DNA of 64,000 nucleotides from positions 25,217,171-25,281,170 of the forward strand of contig CM074511.1 in assembly GCA_037379345.1 (NCBI GenBank). Direction: 5' to 3'. Of this stretch, positions 14,644-28,500 are shown piece by piece; the first letter of the stretch is position 1; every line of letters starts with the position of its first letter. A model generated the notes under the pieces. The model worked only from the letters and a program-made list of their open reading frames with translations, did not search any database and was not told the origin of the DNA. The stretch is from Perna viridis. Lineage: Eukaryota. The position numbers and the translations under genes are program-made.

Positions 14644-15064
14644 CATCCTCCCAAGTCAGGGTTTTGAGCCCACCCTTGCTCCCTCAAACCCCTGACGTCA
14701 CTCATTTATATTTAGCGGGTATTGTCCAGTCAATTCCGATTGTTTTCTTCTCCGGGTGCGAGGCACCAATGAAAATCGATTTAACATAAAATGTCTGTGG
14801 AAAGGTAGACAATAATACGAGGTAATGGACCATCCGATATAGTAACTGAAAGTTGTATGATGTCGCAAATGATGCAATATGAGCAAAAATGACAACTGTA
14901 GATTCTGTTTACTGAAAAAAATGACGTTGTTAGGAGTAATTTGATTGGATTTTGGATCCGGGTAACTAACTAGATGGCGCTGAACGATACCCGCTAAATA
15001 TGAATGAGTGATGTCAGGGTTTGAGGGAGCGAGGGTGGACTCAAAACCCTGACTTGGGAGGATG
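14644..15064. mobile_element. MITE with about 80-bp TIRs and 9-bp TSD (Mutator-like)
   Basis: catcctcccaagtcagggttttgag... and its reverse complement; TSD gtgcactgt at 14635-14643 and 15065-15073. Confidence 0.9.
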
Positions 15065-15379
15065 GTGCACTGTAAGTCCAACACATTACTCAATCTAATA
15101 TGAGTTAGGCATAGCCTACAACCGAACATCGCACTTATACATTTGTCTTAGTCGATTTACGTTTGTAAAGTCAATGAAAAATTGGACTATGCTGAATGGG
15201 GCGAGATAGGATAGGTAAGTAATAATAGTAAGGAATAGTAATTCTTCTTTATATTTTGTTTGTTTTTGAATTGTATATTTTAATTTCAAACCAATTCAAA
15301 GGCTACTTTCACTTTAAAATCACCTCGCTGACCCATTTCTGCGGGCTTGTCTGATTTCCGGTTTGACTGAACGTCCATG

Positions 15380-15717
15380 CAATCGGAACTCCTCAGCCTT
15401 TCTTGTTACACCTTGGGCACTATCCGGAAGAGTCTGTCCGGAATGTTGACAGATCAGATTCTAAAATTAAAGTTTTACTGCTTGAAATTTTTACCATTAC
15501 TTTTTTCCTAGCTTCTCGCTTCGCGCCAAAATTCTTCACTGAGTTATTGTACTTTATTTCTCGTGATATCTAACCATTTTTAGGCGCCACCTGGTGGATT
15601 GGACTACTTTGACTCGCGTATGACTACAATTCCGGCAATTTTTTCAAGAAGAAATTCTCCTTTCTGCTTCCGAGGTTATTTGTTAGTGTAGCGGAAATGG
15701 CCGAGTAGTTCCGATTG
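15380..15717. mobile_element. MITE with about 19-bp TIR and 9-10 bp TSD
   Basis: caatcggaactcctcagcc / ggccgagtagttccgattg; flanking aacgtccat(g/a). Confidence 0.75.
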
Positions 15718-16654
15718 AACGTCCATACGATGCTCGGTATTATACAGCTTAATAAAGGGGAAGTTGTGTCGAGAAATAACGAGGCACCTCTAAACGCAAA
15801 TTTAGAAGGGACATATCAATTATATATCTAAAAGCCTACTGGTCAGAAACAATCTTTAACATTAACCTGAGTGAATTTAACTGCACAATAAAGGTGAAAA
15901 CATTAAGTAAACAATCAAACAAAAACCTGGAGATTGAAATTGTTTGGTCATGTACTGAGAATGGACAACGAAAACCACACATTAAAAGCTTTTACATTAA
16001 CACATGTGCAAAGAAATTGATGAAATCAAAAAGACCTACTAGATAAAGAGCAGTTATAAGAGAAAGGGCATGCATCTTGGGGTTAAAGTCCAAAACAAAA
16101 GCAGCTAAGGCCAAAAACACGTGGAATGGACTCCGTCTTGTCCACGACACTAATCACTGAAAGGAGAAAAGATTTTTTATGGAACATAAATGCAGCAGAA
16201 CAATGGCAATGAAGGCTTTTCAAGTATACTTCAAGGGCATTTATTTATTTAACCGCTGTCTGTAAGGCGCTATTGTTGACATAATAATTCACGATTATTA
16301 CTATTTGTTTTCTTCCTTCGTTTTCTAATTATTTATAATGATTGGACGAATTCCAGTCATTTAACGTCTGAAATATAAGTCTATGACGTTAATACTTTCC
16401 TTATTAGGAGGAACATAATTCAATTACCAATTTTACATATTAAAGGGAGTTAGTTTATATATATTACAATGTCAATCATTGTGAAATGTATGGCTGTCAA
16501 AACTGCGCAGGGATTGCTCATACATTGTGCTAGGTGAACCTTGTATTAAATTGGTTTTTATACAAGGCACGTTCATATCAGAATAAAAATTGTCATATAA
16601 AATGTCAAATAAGAAAGTGGTTCATGTCATTGTTTCTATTATAATTTATAATAT

Positions 16655-16825
16655 CAATGGCGGATCCAGGGGGCCGTGGGCTCTCCCCCCTTAGAAAAAA
16701 AAATGTTGAAAAAATTGTGTGTGTTAAATTATGAAAAACACTCACTTCGTGATCCTCACCGTTGATCCTGTCAAAAATTATTTTTTGGCTCCCTCCCCTT
16801 ACCTAAAACTCTGGATACGCCACTG
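16655..16825. mobile_element. Small MITE, 5-bp TSD
   Basis: caatggcggatccag...ctggatacgccactg flanked by aatat on both sides. Confidence 0.8.
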
Positions 16826-18404
16826 AATATCATTTCTGCAAATGCTAACCCAAATCAATATGTTGTATTAAATCAAATCTTTGTATATAAAACAAAATGA
16901 AATTGAAATAAGCAACCATTCGATTTTAAGGTAAAATTGTTCAGTAACAGTTTATCTCTGTCCAAATTGTGCACAAAATAAACAAAGCCTTCCAAAATAA
17001 GCTATGCGGTCGCGTCTTAGTAACACTTCCCTGGATTTGCCATTGCTATTTTTCTAGAGCACCCTTTAATTATACTTCTCCAACAAAGATTTATAACTAT
17101 ACATAGTTCCCATTGGGAGAGGGGGTGCTTTCCTTATATTTCAGTCATGTATATGGAATGACTTTGTAAATAAAAATTCTTTCGGAAGTACAGCAAAATG
17201 TTTCAGCCCGGTCAATCAAGATTTTTTTTACCATAATCTATTAATATTTAATTATTAATTTTATAAGCCTTGCAGCTTGGATATGAAGTAAATTGAAACC
17301 AGTGTACACCAAAGTGATTTACAAATGTGTCTTATACACGTACAGGTTCAAAATGTATTGAAATTGATACATTGAAGAAACTACAGGAAAAAATGTGGTT
17401 TGGACAGGTCATAAGTTTATTCAGGGTTCGATTCAGACAGGTTTCAATCACTGCAATTCCTGAAAGATTTTTCTTTACAATACACTAATGTTTTATTAAT
17501 TCTATCTGCGTTGAATTCTTTTACTTTGATCATCAGCTGGAACTTAAGTTTATTGAATATGACCAGAAGTACTTTTTATCTTTCATAGGTATTTTTTATT
17601 ATTTGTTTCTAATAGTACGAGCGACTTTTTTTTCAACGTCCTCAATTGATATATTATCGTTTTAAACAGAGCATTAATAACAAATTTCATAAATTTTTAA
17701 TAAGAATATTTAAAAATAGATTGATATCTTGATAAGAATTGAAGATAACAAAAATTGATCAATTTTCACACTCTAGTTGGTGAAATATGTAACAGCTTTT
17801 AGTATCACTATATTACGGTCCATTTCCATGTACTTATACAGCGGCTATTATAAGTATCGTCGATTTACATTACATTAGGGGACCACCTTTTGTTTTTGAG
17901 GCGGAGGAGTAGGAAGAATTTACAAATACATATTTTGACATTAACCTTTTTTTTAAAAGGAATTTTGTAATCTTTAGGATGAGAGAAACACCGAGGCTTG
18001 CTCCCACTATCAAATATATGGTCCACTAGTATATAACCTGTAAATCATATTCTAGCAGTATGCATATATTCCTCTTAAGTATTTCGTCCGATTTTAATAT
18101 TTTAATAATATTTTAAAAAATGTAGATCATAACGGCATTGTCGCTTTAACTTCAAAGGTGTTTTTTTAAATCACAAAGTTTAGTAATAAATGCAGGACAA
18201 ACGTCACCCTGACTAACTGTGTGATCACTAAATACACGTATAACTGTAAACTTAAAGTAACTTTGAACTCCTGTCTCTTGTATTGCAATTATGAAGGACT
18301 AAGAAGTAACTTTGTGTGTAGAAAGAAAGGTAACTCTAATATTTGTTCGGTATATCGTAGGTTAAAGACGTCTGAAAACGTCATTGGTTACCATTGGTTG
18401 TTTT

Positions 18405-18912
18405 TCCAACGCAGTCGGTATAATTTCGCTTTTTACCCTTTGACCTTAAGGACACTCTTCTATGGAAACGCAAGTCACCTTATCGCAATTCTGTTTCCCG
18501 ATTGGCCAAATACTGATAACTTAGTGGCGTTAAAAACCAAGTACTATCTTTAAAAAAGATAGCCGTGTCAGTAAAATTTGTTCTTTTTACTTATAATTTT
18601 CATCAGGAAATAACGCATGGCACGCAATTTCAATTTCCTTTTTCGAACCCCGCTAAGTTATCAGTATTTTGGCAATTGAATCTGGAAACGGAATTTTTAT
18701 CAGTTGACGCGTTTCCATGGAAGAGTCAAAGGGTAAAAAGCGAAACTATACCGACTGCGTCGGAAAAACGGTATCGAAAACTTGAAATATCGTTCAAAAA
18801 CTGTACCGAAAATTTGAATTGCGTGCCATGTGTTATTTTCTTGAAAGAAATATAGAAACTTAGAAGTAAAATTTTACTGCGTCGGCTATTTTTTTTTTAA
18901 AGATAGGACTTG
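18405..18912. mobile_element. Foldback/MITE family member with adjacent partial copy
   Basis: IRs tactatctttaaaaa..agccg..cagtaaaatt at about 18542 and 18870-18910; related copies at 21478-21690 and 29726-30015. Confidence 0.75.
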
Positions 18913-19867
18913 TTATTATTGGATTTTATTAAAAGTACAAATGAGAAAAGAAGACTATCATCGTTTATCTTCTTAGGTTGTGCTTTAGAAAACCGCCCGA
19001 CTTCAAAATAAAAACAATTAGTGTAGGTTCTGAGGAAACATTGGTCTTCAGATATTTTTCAATTCATTTTGCATCCTCCCAATTTAGGTTTTGAGCATAC
19101 TGTCGTCCTAAGAGTGAACCCTAACAGAATGATGCTTAAAAATATGAAACAAGCTAGTTTTGGATAACACATCGAACTAAATATATGTTCGTTTTATACA
19201 GCTCAAACGCTGCACTTTGTATTTATAGTGAGAATTCTGGCATTTTTTTTGCATTTCGACTGATCGCGTTTATTTGTCAATATTGACCTGTCCAACTTAA
19301 TATCTTCCCGGTTCTGTTATGATTTGAAGTTATGCATGGAGATTCGGCAGACATTCAACCCTGTGTATGGTCGACACGTGAGATCATAAAAATCGGCTCA
19401 AAAATGTAACAGAAAGCGGAAAATATGCAAAGAAAGACCTAGCTGACATATCGACCATTGGATTGTGGAAGATGTGGTACCGATAGAATCTGCAGTCGTA
19501 GTTGCCGGTAATAGGGCGTTAAACATGTACAAAAATAATTGGTCGACAATAACAATAGAAAAAGATTTCGGTGTTTTATAAACTAGAGATTTTTTTTTCA
19601 TGAATGCATAAAACTAACACAATATTTTTCTTTTACCTTTAACTATCGATTTTGATACGGTTTCGAAAATGTACAATGCAATGGCCTATATAGACGAGTC
19701 CTTTTTGTTATTTGTAAGAAAATTAAAAAATCGACAATTGATTCAGCTTCTCTGCTCAATATAGCACAAGACAAACGGGAGAGCTGAACACGCAAAAAAA
19801 TTCTCTGGAATCCACCGTGACTAGTACGGCCTTGGAAATATCATTTCGACATGCAGTACCGTTGTAT

Positions 19868-20795
19868 TTATCATATCTTGACCTACACTAAGAAATCGAT
19901 GGTAAAGGAGAACTATTGACTAAACTTTACGACAAACTTGATGACTTTTCATTCAAAATTGTCAATTTCCCTTTCATCTATGGCAACATCCCTTCAGCAC
20001 CTGCGTATATATGGAGTGTTCATATCACAACTCCTAGGTTATGCCAGAGCTTGCCGAGACTACGCAGACTTTTTGTATCGCGCTAGAATTCTAACAAAGA
20101 GGCTTCTGGAGTTTTATGGTCGTCATCATGAACTCGTGGATCGTTATGGTGTATCCATCTGCACTAAGAAATCGATGGTAAAGGAAAACTATTGACCAAA
20201 CTTTACGACAAACGTGATGACTTTTCATTCAGAATTGTCAACTTTCCTTTCATCTGTGGCAACATCCCTTCGGCTCCTGCGTATGGAGTGTTCATATCAC
20301 AACTCATACGTTATGCCAGAGCTTGCCGAAACTACGCAGACTTTTTGTATCGCGCTAGAACTCTAACAAATAAGCTTCTGGAACAGAGTTATGTTGCTAC
20401 AAGATTGAAGTCATCACTACAGAAGTTTTATGGTCGTCATCATGAACTCGTGGATCGTTATGGTGTATCCATCTGCACTATGAAAACTGATTTGTTTAAC
20501 GTGTCCTAGTTTTTCTTTCCTCTTTCATCTACTCCGGACTTGACTTTTTATGAGCAACTCGGCGGATGTTTCTAGAACAGCAGTGGACGCTTACCCTACC
20601 GGTGCACCTGGTCCATGCTCCCAGTTTTCAGTGCATGGAGTCCGAGTTGCTCATTTGCTTTTGTTACTTTGTATGTATGATTTTAGTTGCTTTATGTTCT
20701 TTGTTGTGTATGTCTGTTTTCCATGTCTGGTCTTTGTCCCTGGATTACATTCTTTTGATTTTCGCTATAACCTTAGTTTCCTTGTTTACTCTTTC
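19868..20795 (+). mobile_element. Naiad-type element 3' fragment with head-to-tail partial duplication
   Basis: 19870-20165 and 20165-20795 both begin near ctaagaaatcgatggtaaagg; ORF 20192-20509 is the RT C-terminus. Confidence 0.92.
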
Positions 20796-21477
20796 TGATT
20801 TTAGGAAACTTCTTAATCTAATATTCAAGAAAGATATAACCTCTTACAGAAACAAAATATAAACACATGATACATGATATAATCAACTGTACACCAGCAA
20901 CTATTTTTTTCTTTTCCAGTCGTTGTATTTGCCATCATCTTTATTTGTTGTATTTGAAAATGGACTAACTTAGACAAATAGACAAATGTAAACTGTACCG
21001 AAAATTTACATTTATGGACCATTCGATTCTGGATCCATTCATCGTGAGGTATGATATATGTTCCAAGTATGCATAGCTAATTTCATGCAACAATGCATCG
21101 ATCCTAGAAAATTATACAAGAAGCGGAAATTGTATACTAGTAATATGCATGCATACTCTATGTGCATGTGAATTTGTAAGGATTTTTTCAATGACTAATT
21201 TGTTCTTATCCTGAATAGAATGTTCAGTTTGAATGATGGTAAATAGAGTTGTTTCTCCTTTATAAAGAAACTGAAGAAAAATACAGCAAAATTCTAAGAA
21301 ACCGTTGTCTTCATCCAAATTTCGCCGAATAAAATAAAAAAAAATATATCGACAATCTTTACAATGATTCAGTCGGCGACCAAGGTTACACGTTGGTCAG
21401 AGAGGTTGATAGGAGAAACTAGGAGCACCAGATCGTGTGTAAATTAATTAACAAAAAATGCCAACCAATATCAAAAG

Positions 21478-21690
21478 TTTTTTACCCTTTGACCTTAAAG
21501 ACGATCTTCCCTGGAAACGCAAGTCACTTGATCACAATTTTGTTTCCCGATTGGCCAAATACTGATAATGTTCGAAAAGAACTGTATCGAAAATGGAAAT
21601 TGCGTGCCATGTGTTTTTTTTTTCTGAATGAAATGTAGGAACAAATTTAATTTTACTGCGTCGGCTGTCTTTTTTTAAAGATAGTACTTG
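21478..21690 (+). mobile_element. Partial copy of the 18.4-kb foldback family
   Basis: ttttaccctttgaccttaa...ccgattggccaaatactgataa...taaagatagtac. Confidence 0.75.
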
Positions 21691-22324
21691 TTTTTAATAA
21701 ACCGTCTGTTTACAAATAACTGAAGCTGTTTAGTTTAGTAAGTATCAGAAAATTGTTACCAAGAAAATTGTACAACCCTGGAAGATGTATTTATAAACCT
21801 TTTAAAATCAAAAGTGACTTTCTTTAAGAGATGAGTTGACTTCTTGTCGCGTATTACTGTTACTTCTTATACTTCTTCGTAATTAATGCGTGTGCGTTCA
21901 CGCTTTATTCATAGAGACGTAAGTCAGCAAATGCTTTGGGTTGTCAATTCACAATAATACATGTACCTTGAAATGTCAAGATATTGAATTCACAATTATG
22001 AATTTACAGCACTACAGATTAAGTTAACAATGAGCAAATATAAAATAGAATCTCCAACACTCCTGCATGGTTGTGCGACTTGTATAGAAACAATACCGCA
22101 AACCGACCGGCTTGTTTGAAATACACATGGGGGTCTCCGTATTCATTGTTTATTTCAGAAATCTATAAAAAGGATGGTTATGGTATATGGTTTTCTAAGG
22201 TGCGATGTACGGGCGCCGAATGGGACTCTTGTGGTTTTGTACTCAAAATTCTATTTTGTACAGGCAAAAGTGATTTTTTTAAACAAAAATGAGTTCAGAC
22301 TAACAAAATTTATAACATACTACA

Positions 22325-22455
22325 AATTTTGTGTCACAAAAGTCAATTATGTGTCACAAAATTCAATTTTGTGAGACAAATTCAATTTTGTGTCACAAAA
22401 ATCGATTTTGTGTGACAAAAGTCTATTTTGTGTCACAAAATTGAATTTTGTACGC
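22325..22455. repeat. 20-bp tandem array with palindromic core ttttgtgtcacaaaa
   Basis: About 6 units; probably a transposon subterminal array (TACGG motif at about 22208). Confidence 0.85.
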
Positions 22456-23279
22456 AAATTAGTTTACAAATTAATCCTTTGGATATGCAAATTTGAAATT
22501 GAATTCTTTTTCAGTGTAAGCCTATATTTGTACCCCACTGGGTCAAAAAGCCAAGATTTCTGTGACTTAATTGTTCGAGCGACTAAGTCTTCCTGGGACA
22601 GCAGGTGTAAAGAAACTAAATACCTGTAGGTATCAACATGTAACCCAATGTCTCAGCTTTACAATGGTAACAAGAAAGTTGCGTTAAAATGAAAAATGTA
22701 CCTCTACCCCACCGAAAAATCTATTAAATTGACATATTTTTCAATGTCAAAACCCCTATAGTATTTATGCTTCAGTAAAAATGACTTATTTAGGTATTTT
22801 GTGTTTAGTATCATCACAATTAATATTTCTGTGATTATTTTGATGACTTGTGGCGATTTTCGTTGTCAGAATTTATCAAAAATTACGAAAATTGGGATTT
22901 TCGATTTTCCCGTAAAAGTCGCATAAATTCGACTCTTCAGGTTATTGCTCAACTAAAATGTCTCATATTTGGTATCAATCAATAGATAATTTAATTTTAT
23001 ATATATAATTTAATATTATGAACCACGAAAACTAATTTTCAAGAAAGAATTTTCAAAAAATATTGGACAAATGGACCTTGGTCCCAGCCATCGACTCCGA
23101 AGTTGGTACATAAGTGATTAGATTTTCTCAACGTCAAAGAAAGATATTGTAATTCCAAATATATTGGGAATCAACAGTCCATACGTAGGCCTAAAAAACA
23201 TTGGTTTGCTGTCGGAGAGTGGGCGTTCGCTATAGTATTGGAGTCCTAAATAGGTCAATGAGTGTCTATGCTACATCAT

Positions 23280-23505
23280 TTTTTAAAAGATACCAATGTA
23301 GACATTGTTGTTGTTAATCTAAAAAAAGATTAAACACCTAGATACAAAAATACGTAGTACAAAATAGTACTAGGAAGAGATTCTCCATACTTGGTAAAAA
23401 AACTATTCAAAATTGTCTCCTAATTAAACCGATTTCTTTTTATCGACAATATAATTGTCCAGTAGTGGGCGTGTTTTTAAACAGACATTCGACATATTGT
23501 GCTCC
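23280..23505 (+). mobile_element. Old Naiad-type RT fragment
   Basis: cacctagatacaaa...aggaagagattctccatacttggtaa...atcgacaatataattgtccagt resembles 58200-58370. Confidence 0.65.
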
Positions 23506-25469
23506 GCTACCCGTTGATCAATTTCTTCACTCTTATATATCTGACTATATAGCTTTTATAGAACGTCGTTCTGCCTGATCCTTTGATCTTAGTTACCGTT
23601 TTGCTGAGTAGCACTCCAGCTAAGAATCATGCAAATGTGATAAATGGTTTGAGAGCCTGCATACTTAATTTTGATATTTTGTTAAAAATACTATAGTGAA
23701 CAGAAATTAATCTGTGGCTTTCCATATAACCCTTGGTCGTAGGGAATATAATTTATATGGAATTTATTAATTGTAGAATTCAAAATTAAGAGAGACAACT
23801 GAGTACATGACACTGAAATACAATAGAAACTATTGGAAATCCAATGCGAATTATCTCCTAAGACAGACAGATTAGAATAAATAATTACTCATTTCAACAT
23901 TTAGGCCAATAAAGCAATTTAAAAACATAGCTTCTTTGAGGTGTATCACGTATTACAGAATTTGCATGATTCTTACAAAGACTGATAGATCAGGGGATTT
24001 TATACAACGCATTACATGTAAATAATATACAGTTATTAAATGGGTTGGATGCAATAGACCAGAATATTTGTCCTGAGGTACTGAGAATGATCAAGTGTTC
24101 TACTGCACGAGGCAAACGGCCTTGTTTGCAGAAATTTGATAATTACCTGGTTGTTAAACAAATTTGATCACTTGGTTGTCAAAAATTATCTATGGCTGAG
24201 ATTTTGAGAAAAAATGCTTTGTATTTGGTTCATTTTTTCTTTATGTTACATAATCCATATTCTTTTTTAATTCAGAATAAAACAGAACCTTTCTTTGCAA
24301 GCTGTGAACTATTATGATCTATTTGTTGAATTTAACAACCTGATGGTAGCAATTTCTAAAATAATAAACCACTTTTTTTTGGAAATTTTTAAGTTGTGAT
24401 ATGAAGATTTAACTGTTTCAATTAAAAGAAAAACTTTTTGTACCCAATCTTTTTTTTTGACATATGGTTTACCGCTTTCTGTCCATCTACATATTGTACA
24501 GCAATTCAAAAACACTTAAAGGGATTTTATTTTCATATTTTTCACGACGTTTTGTAGATGTACAGAAAAGGGGTAAACCCTTTAGTCGGACACAGATGTG
24601 GTATTAACCATTAAGTCAATCATTTTATGCAATATTTTGCATCAAGAAGGCTCCCTTTTGTTTTTCCCATGTTTAAATTTTTGTTTTGAAGTTGTGGGTC
24701 TTTCAACTCCATATAAAAATGGACAGAAGTATCATTTGGTTTTGTGCAGCTTTTTTATCTACAAAGAGGGTGGATCCAGAGATTTTGGAAAGGGGCTCCA
24801 GGGTATTATTTGCTCATTTTTTGCCCAAATGTTGCATGAAATAAAAATTTTCAATGCAAGGGACAGTTTCTACCACCAGAACCCCTTGATCTGTCACTGC
24901 AACCAAAGCTGGAAAATTTGTGGCTTAATACAAGAAACAAAGTGACAAATCCTGCAAGGTATATTGGTGGAAAGTGCTGAAACAGAGAATGTTTTTCATC
25001 GTAATATCTGTCCTATACTACATTAATTTTATTACTCTACACTCACTCCAAATTTATCCATACAATAAAATAAGATTTAAGAAGCTGTCCGTTTGAAATT
25101 CAGGCAGATCCTACGATATGGTTGGCACAGGAAAATTTTATCCCACAGATTTTTTCTAATGTAATGTATGTCAAATAATATAAAGTTAGTTATAAGTTCC
25201 CTAACAAAGCAACCAAGTTTTGTTAAAGTTAAAGAGTTATCTCCCTTTTTTCAATGAATTTGCATGCAATATTATTTACTTCTCTTCAATTGTTACAGTT
25301 AATCAAAAACCGACATTCAACTTTGAGATAGGGTGCATTTGTGATATGAAATAGATATATTATATCAACTTGTAATAAGTGCAGTAAAGGAAACTATTGT
25401 AAGAACCTACCAAAAAACAAGACTGATTTAATTAGTTTAACCTTTATTTGACAATAACATAACTAGAGA

Positions 25470-25540
25470 TCACTTTTCTTTTAATAAGTCCTCCAACATC
25501 TGTTCACACATCATAAGTGCTCTTGGAACATGAAAGCAAC
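25470..25540 (-). CDS. RENBP: RENBP coding exon 9 (last)
   Basis: [23 protein letters not shown]; cag acceptor, poly(A) signal about 20 nt after the stop. Confidence 0.94.
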
Positions 25541-28500
25541 CTGTTAAGGAAGGTTAAAGTTCACTTATTAGTGATCTAGGAACATGAAAGCAACCTATTA
25601 AGGAAGACTATATATGACAAGTTAAAAAAAAAACAAAAAAGATAATGCCTTTCAGTAATATATGAGGCACCAACCACTTTATTAGCGAAAGGTGAAAAAA
25701 TTGAGTTACTGCTCCTATATTCTCCTTATTACTTAACCAGGCTTATTTCACCCCCCCCCTTGGAAAAATATCTGTGCCTAATGAAAATGCAGTCACTCTG
25801 TGACTATGATACCATCCTCTTGTATTGCATTCTATGTAAAATTGACCTGTATATAAAGACCACCTTTCTAATGAGACTATGATTTTGCTCTTCCTTGAAA
25901 AGTTACTGAAGATAGTTTTGACTGTACTTCATTACTACCCATCTGGATATTTGCATTTTTCTCAGTAATTAAAAAAATGTACCAATGATTTCAGAAGTTA
26001 CAGTGATAATTTCATAATGACAAATATAAAAAAAATGGCATCTAAAACTTAAACATTAAGTACAAATAAATGAATTAATTACCTTTCCAGACACTCCCTT
26101 TAAAGCGATGTTTCACTTTACCCTCCCTGTCTAAATACCCAAACCATTCACCAAACTCTTCATCAACAAACTATAAAAAAATTGTTGAAACAAATAATTA
26201 TTTGTTTTCAAGTAGACACTTTTAATGCAGTAAAAATCATTTGATCTCATTTGAATAGCTTAGATTACATCTCATAAAATGAAGATGTGGAGAGGATAGG
26301 CCTTTTTCTTCAATCAATTAAATTACAAATTACAAACTTCTTTATGTGATTTACTGGACAATTGAAAAGTAGATAAAAGCTTTCTATTAATACCTATTGA
26401 ATTGTCTGTTAGAAGTTTAAATATCCTCAGTTGTCCTTTAATTATTTACAAGAGTTCACCAGGTGATTGTTAATTTATCAAGAGACCTACTATCTCCTAA
26501 AGTCATCATTGTATGTGCTGTAAAATGGTTACTGTATAAAATGGATCAATTCATAAAGATGATTCTCCATTTTAGAATTAAAAAAACTTGCTTACTGCCC
26601 TCTACACCTGCTGGCATGTAGGACAGCACTGTTTCCATAACATAAATGTTTTTACTGGATAGGGTTTATAGCTCCATGTTTAATCACCAACTTCGGGAGC
26701 CACAGGTAAGGCTTTGTGATCTGCATTTGTATTTGTACATGATATACATGTACAAAAGAATATGAATTTTCTAAGTATCTTTATTGGTTGTGTTGATAAA
26801 GAATCTGCAGTGGATGTATTATGGTGTAGAACTTTCTGACCATCAACATACGATATGTGATGGATACATGGGGTGGGGGAAGGGGGGTTGGGCACCCTTT
26901 CGGGGAAAATGTTGACAATATGTGCACAAATTGAGTAATTTTAAATTAGTAAAAGATAGCCTAAAATCTCACTTTTCAGAATCTCTGGATCTGTCCCTTA
27001 TGACTAAAATAAGATGGGTTTTTGTTGTTTTAGAGTTCGCTAACTTGAAAAGCAGAGGATGCCTCCCCTATTGGTGCACCTCCTTGATGCTCGAAGCTTT
27101 TAGTGGAGTCCTGGTTGTTCATTTACTTTTGTTTCTTTGTACATGTTATTTTGTTGTTTTTTCATGTTCTTTGTTGTGTGTGTCTGTTTTCCCTGTCTAG
27201 TCTTTAACCTTGGAATTTATTATTTTGACTTTTTATGAGCAACTCGGTGGGTATTTTTAGAAAAGCAGAGGACGTTTAACCTACTGTTGTCTTGAGCTCA
27301 AACCTTTGTTCCCTTGATTACTGTTTGGCATGAGCTGAAACCTTTGTTCCCTTGATTACTCTTTGAAACATTGCATTTAAAGGGTACAGGTGTATCTTAC
27401 TTTCTATTCTAAACATTTTTCCTATCCACAGAATGGTTGGTTTTTTTTGTGATTTGTTTTCTTTTGTTTGTAAAAGGAAGTACATTTGTACTTACATGAG
27501 AATAACTATAATCAAAAACTTGAGCAAATAAATTTAAATATTTGACATCTTTGGTGTGCTTGTAGGCCATCAAAAAAGAAATCATGGCTTCATTATGAGG
27601 CCACCACAGCTTCATGTCCCATTCCAATTGTGCAGGTGACCAACCATCAACATCTAAAAAGTAGTAGATTCCACCCAATTCTTTGTCCCATCCATAATTA
27701 AAAGGGTTTATCATGAATTTTTGTATGGCTGTTTCTAATAATTCTGGTCTGTTTTTCCTCACTGCAAGATCCAATAAGAACCAACCTGCCTCTATTGAAT
27801 GGCCTACAAATATATACATGGCATTCTTTAGAAACAGTGTCTGAAGGTGCTTAGTTTTGTGGTACAAATCCCAAAATATTAAGGAACTGTTACAGTTAAT
27901 CAATTGTAGACCATCGAAAAATTATTGTTCTTTAAAAACAGGACAGATCCAAAATTTTATAAAAAGGGGTCCATCTATAAGTATCCACTTTTTGCCCAAA
28001 ATAAATACTGGAATTTTCCAACGTAAAGGGGGTGTAGTTCTGATCTCTGGAAAATATAATCTTTTCCATGTCTCTATATTATTGTCATCTTTGTCTATGT
28101 ACAATGCCTGAATATAATTTTTGAACTGTTGACAAATATATGTCAAAATCCATTATAAAATTTGTACCTGGATTCATCAGTCTCCCACCACTGCCTGACA
28201 GCTCACTTCCATCTAATCCTGTATTCTCAAGAACAACTGACCCATTTCTCTAAAGTGATAATATAAAATTTTCGATCATACACCATCTAATATTGTCTGT
28301 GTATTAGTTATTTACTCTGGCAATGCTGAATGTGACTGTCAAGTTTTCCAAAAAAAAAATTTCAAGCTGATTACTCCAAAAAATTGTTTCTACGGTACAA
28401 TAATCTATTCAACACATGATTATTTGGATTTCTAAACTACTTGAATTTACATTTTAAAGAGCTATTAAAATAACACAAATAACTAATTGTGACCAAAGAT

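Noticed and set aside
20550-20862. Recurrent ORFs MSNSAGVSRKAEDAYPTGAPGPCSQF... (also at 39381, 52120, 58997, 63018) as a small gene family
   Set aside because: They are translations of the Naiad 3' UTR. Frames and ends differ between copies, and conservation is explained by the repeat.
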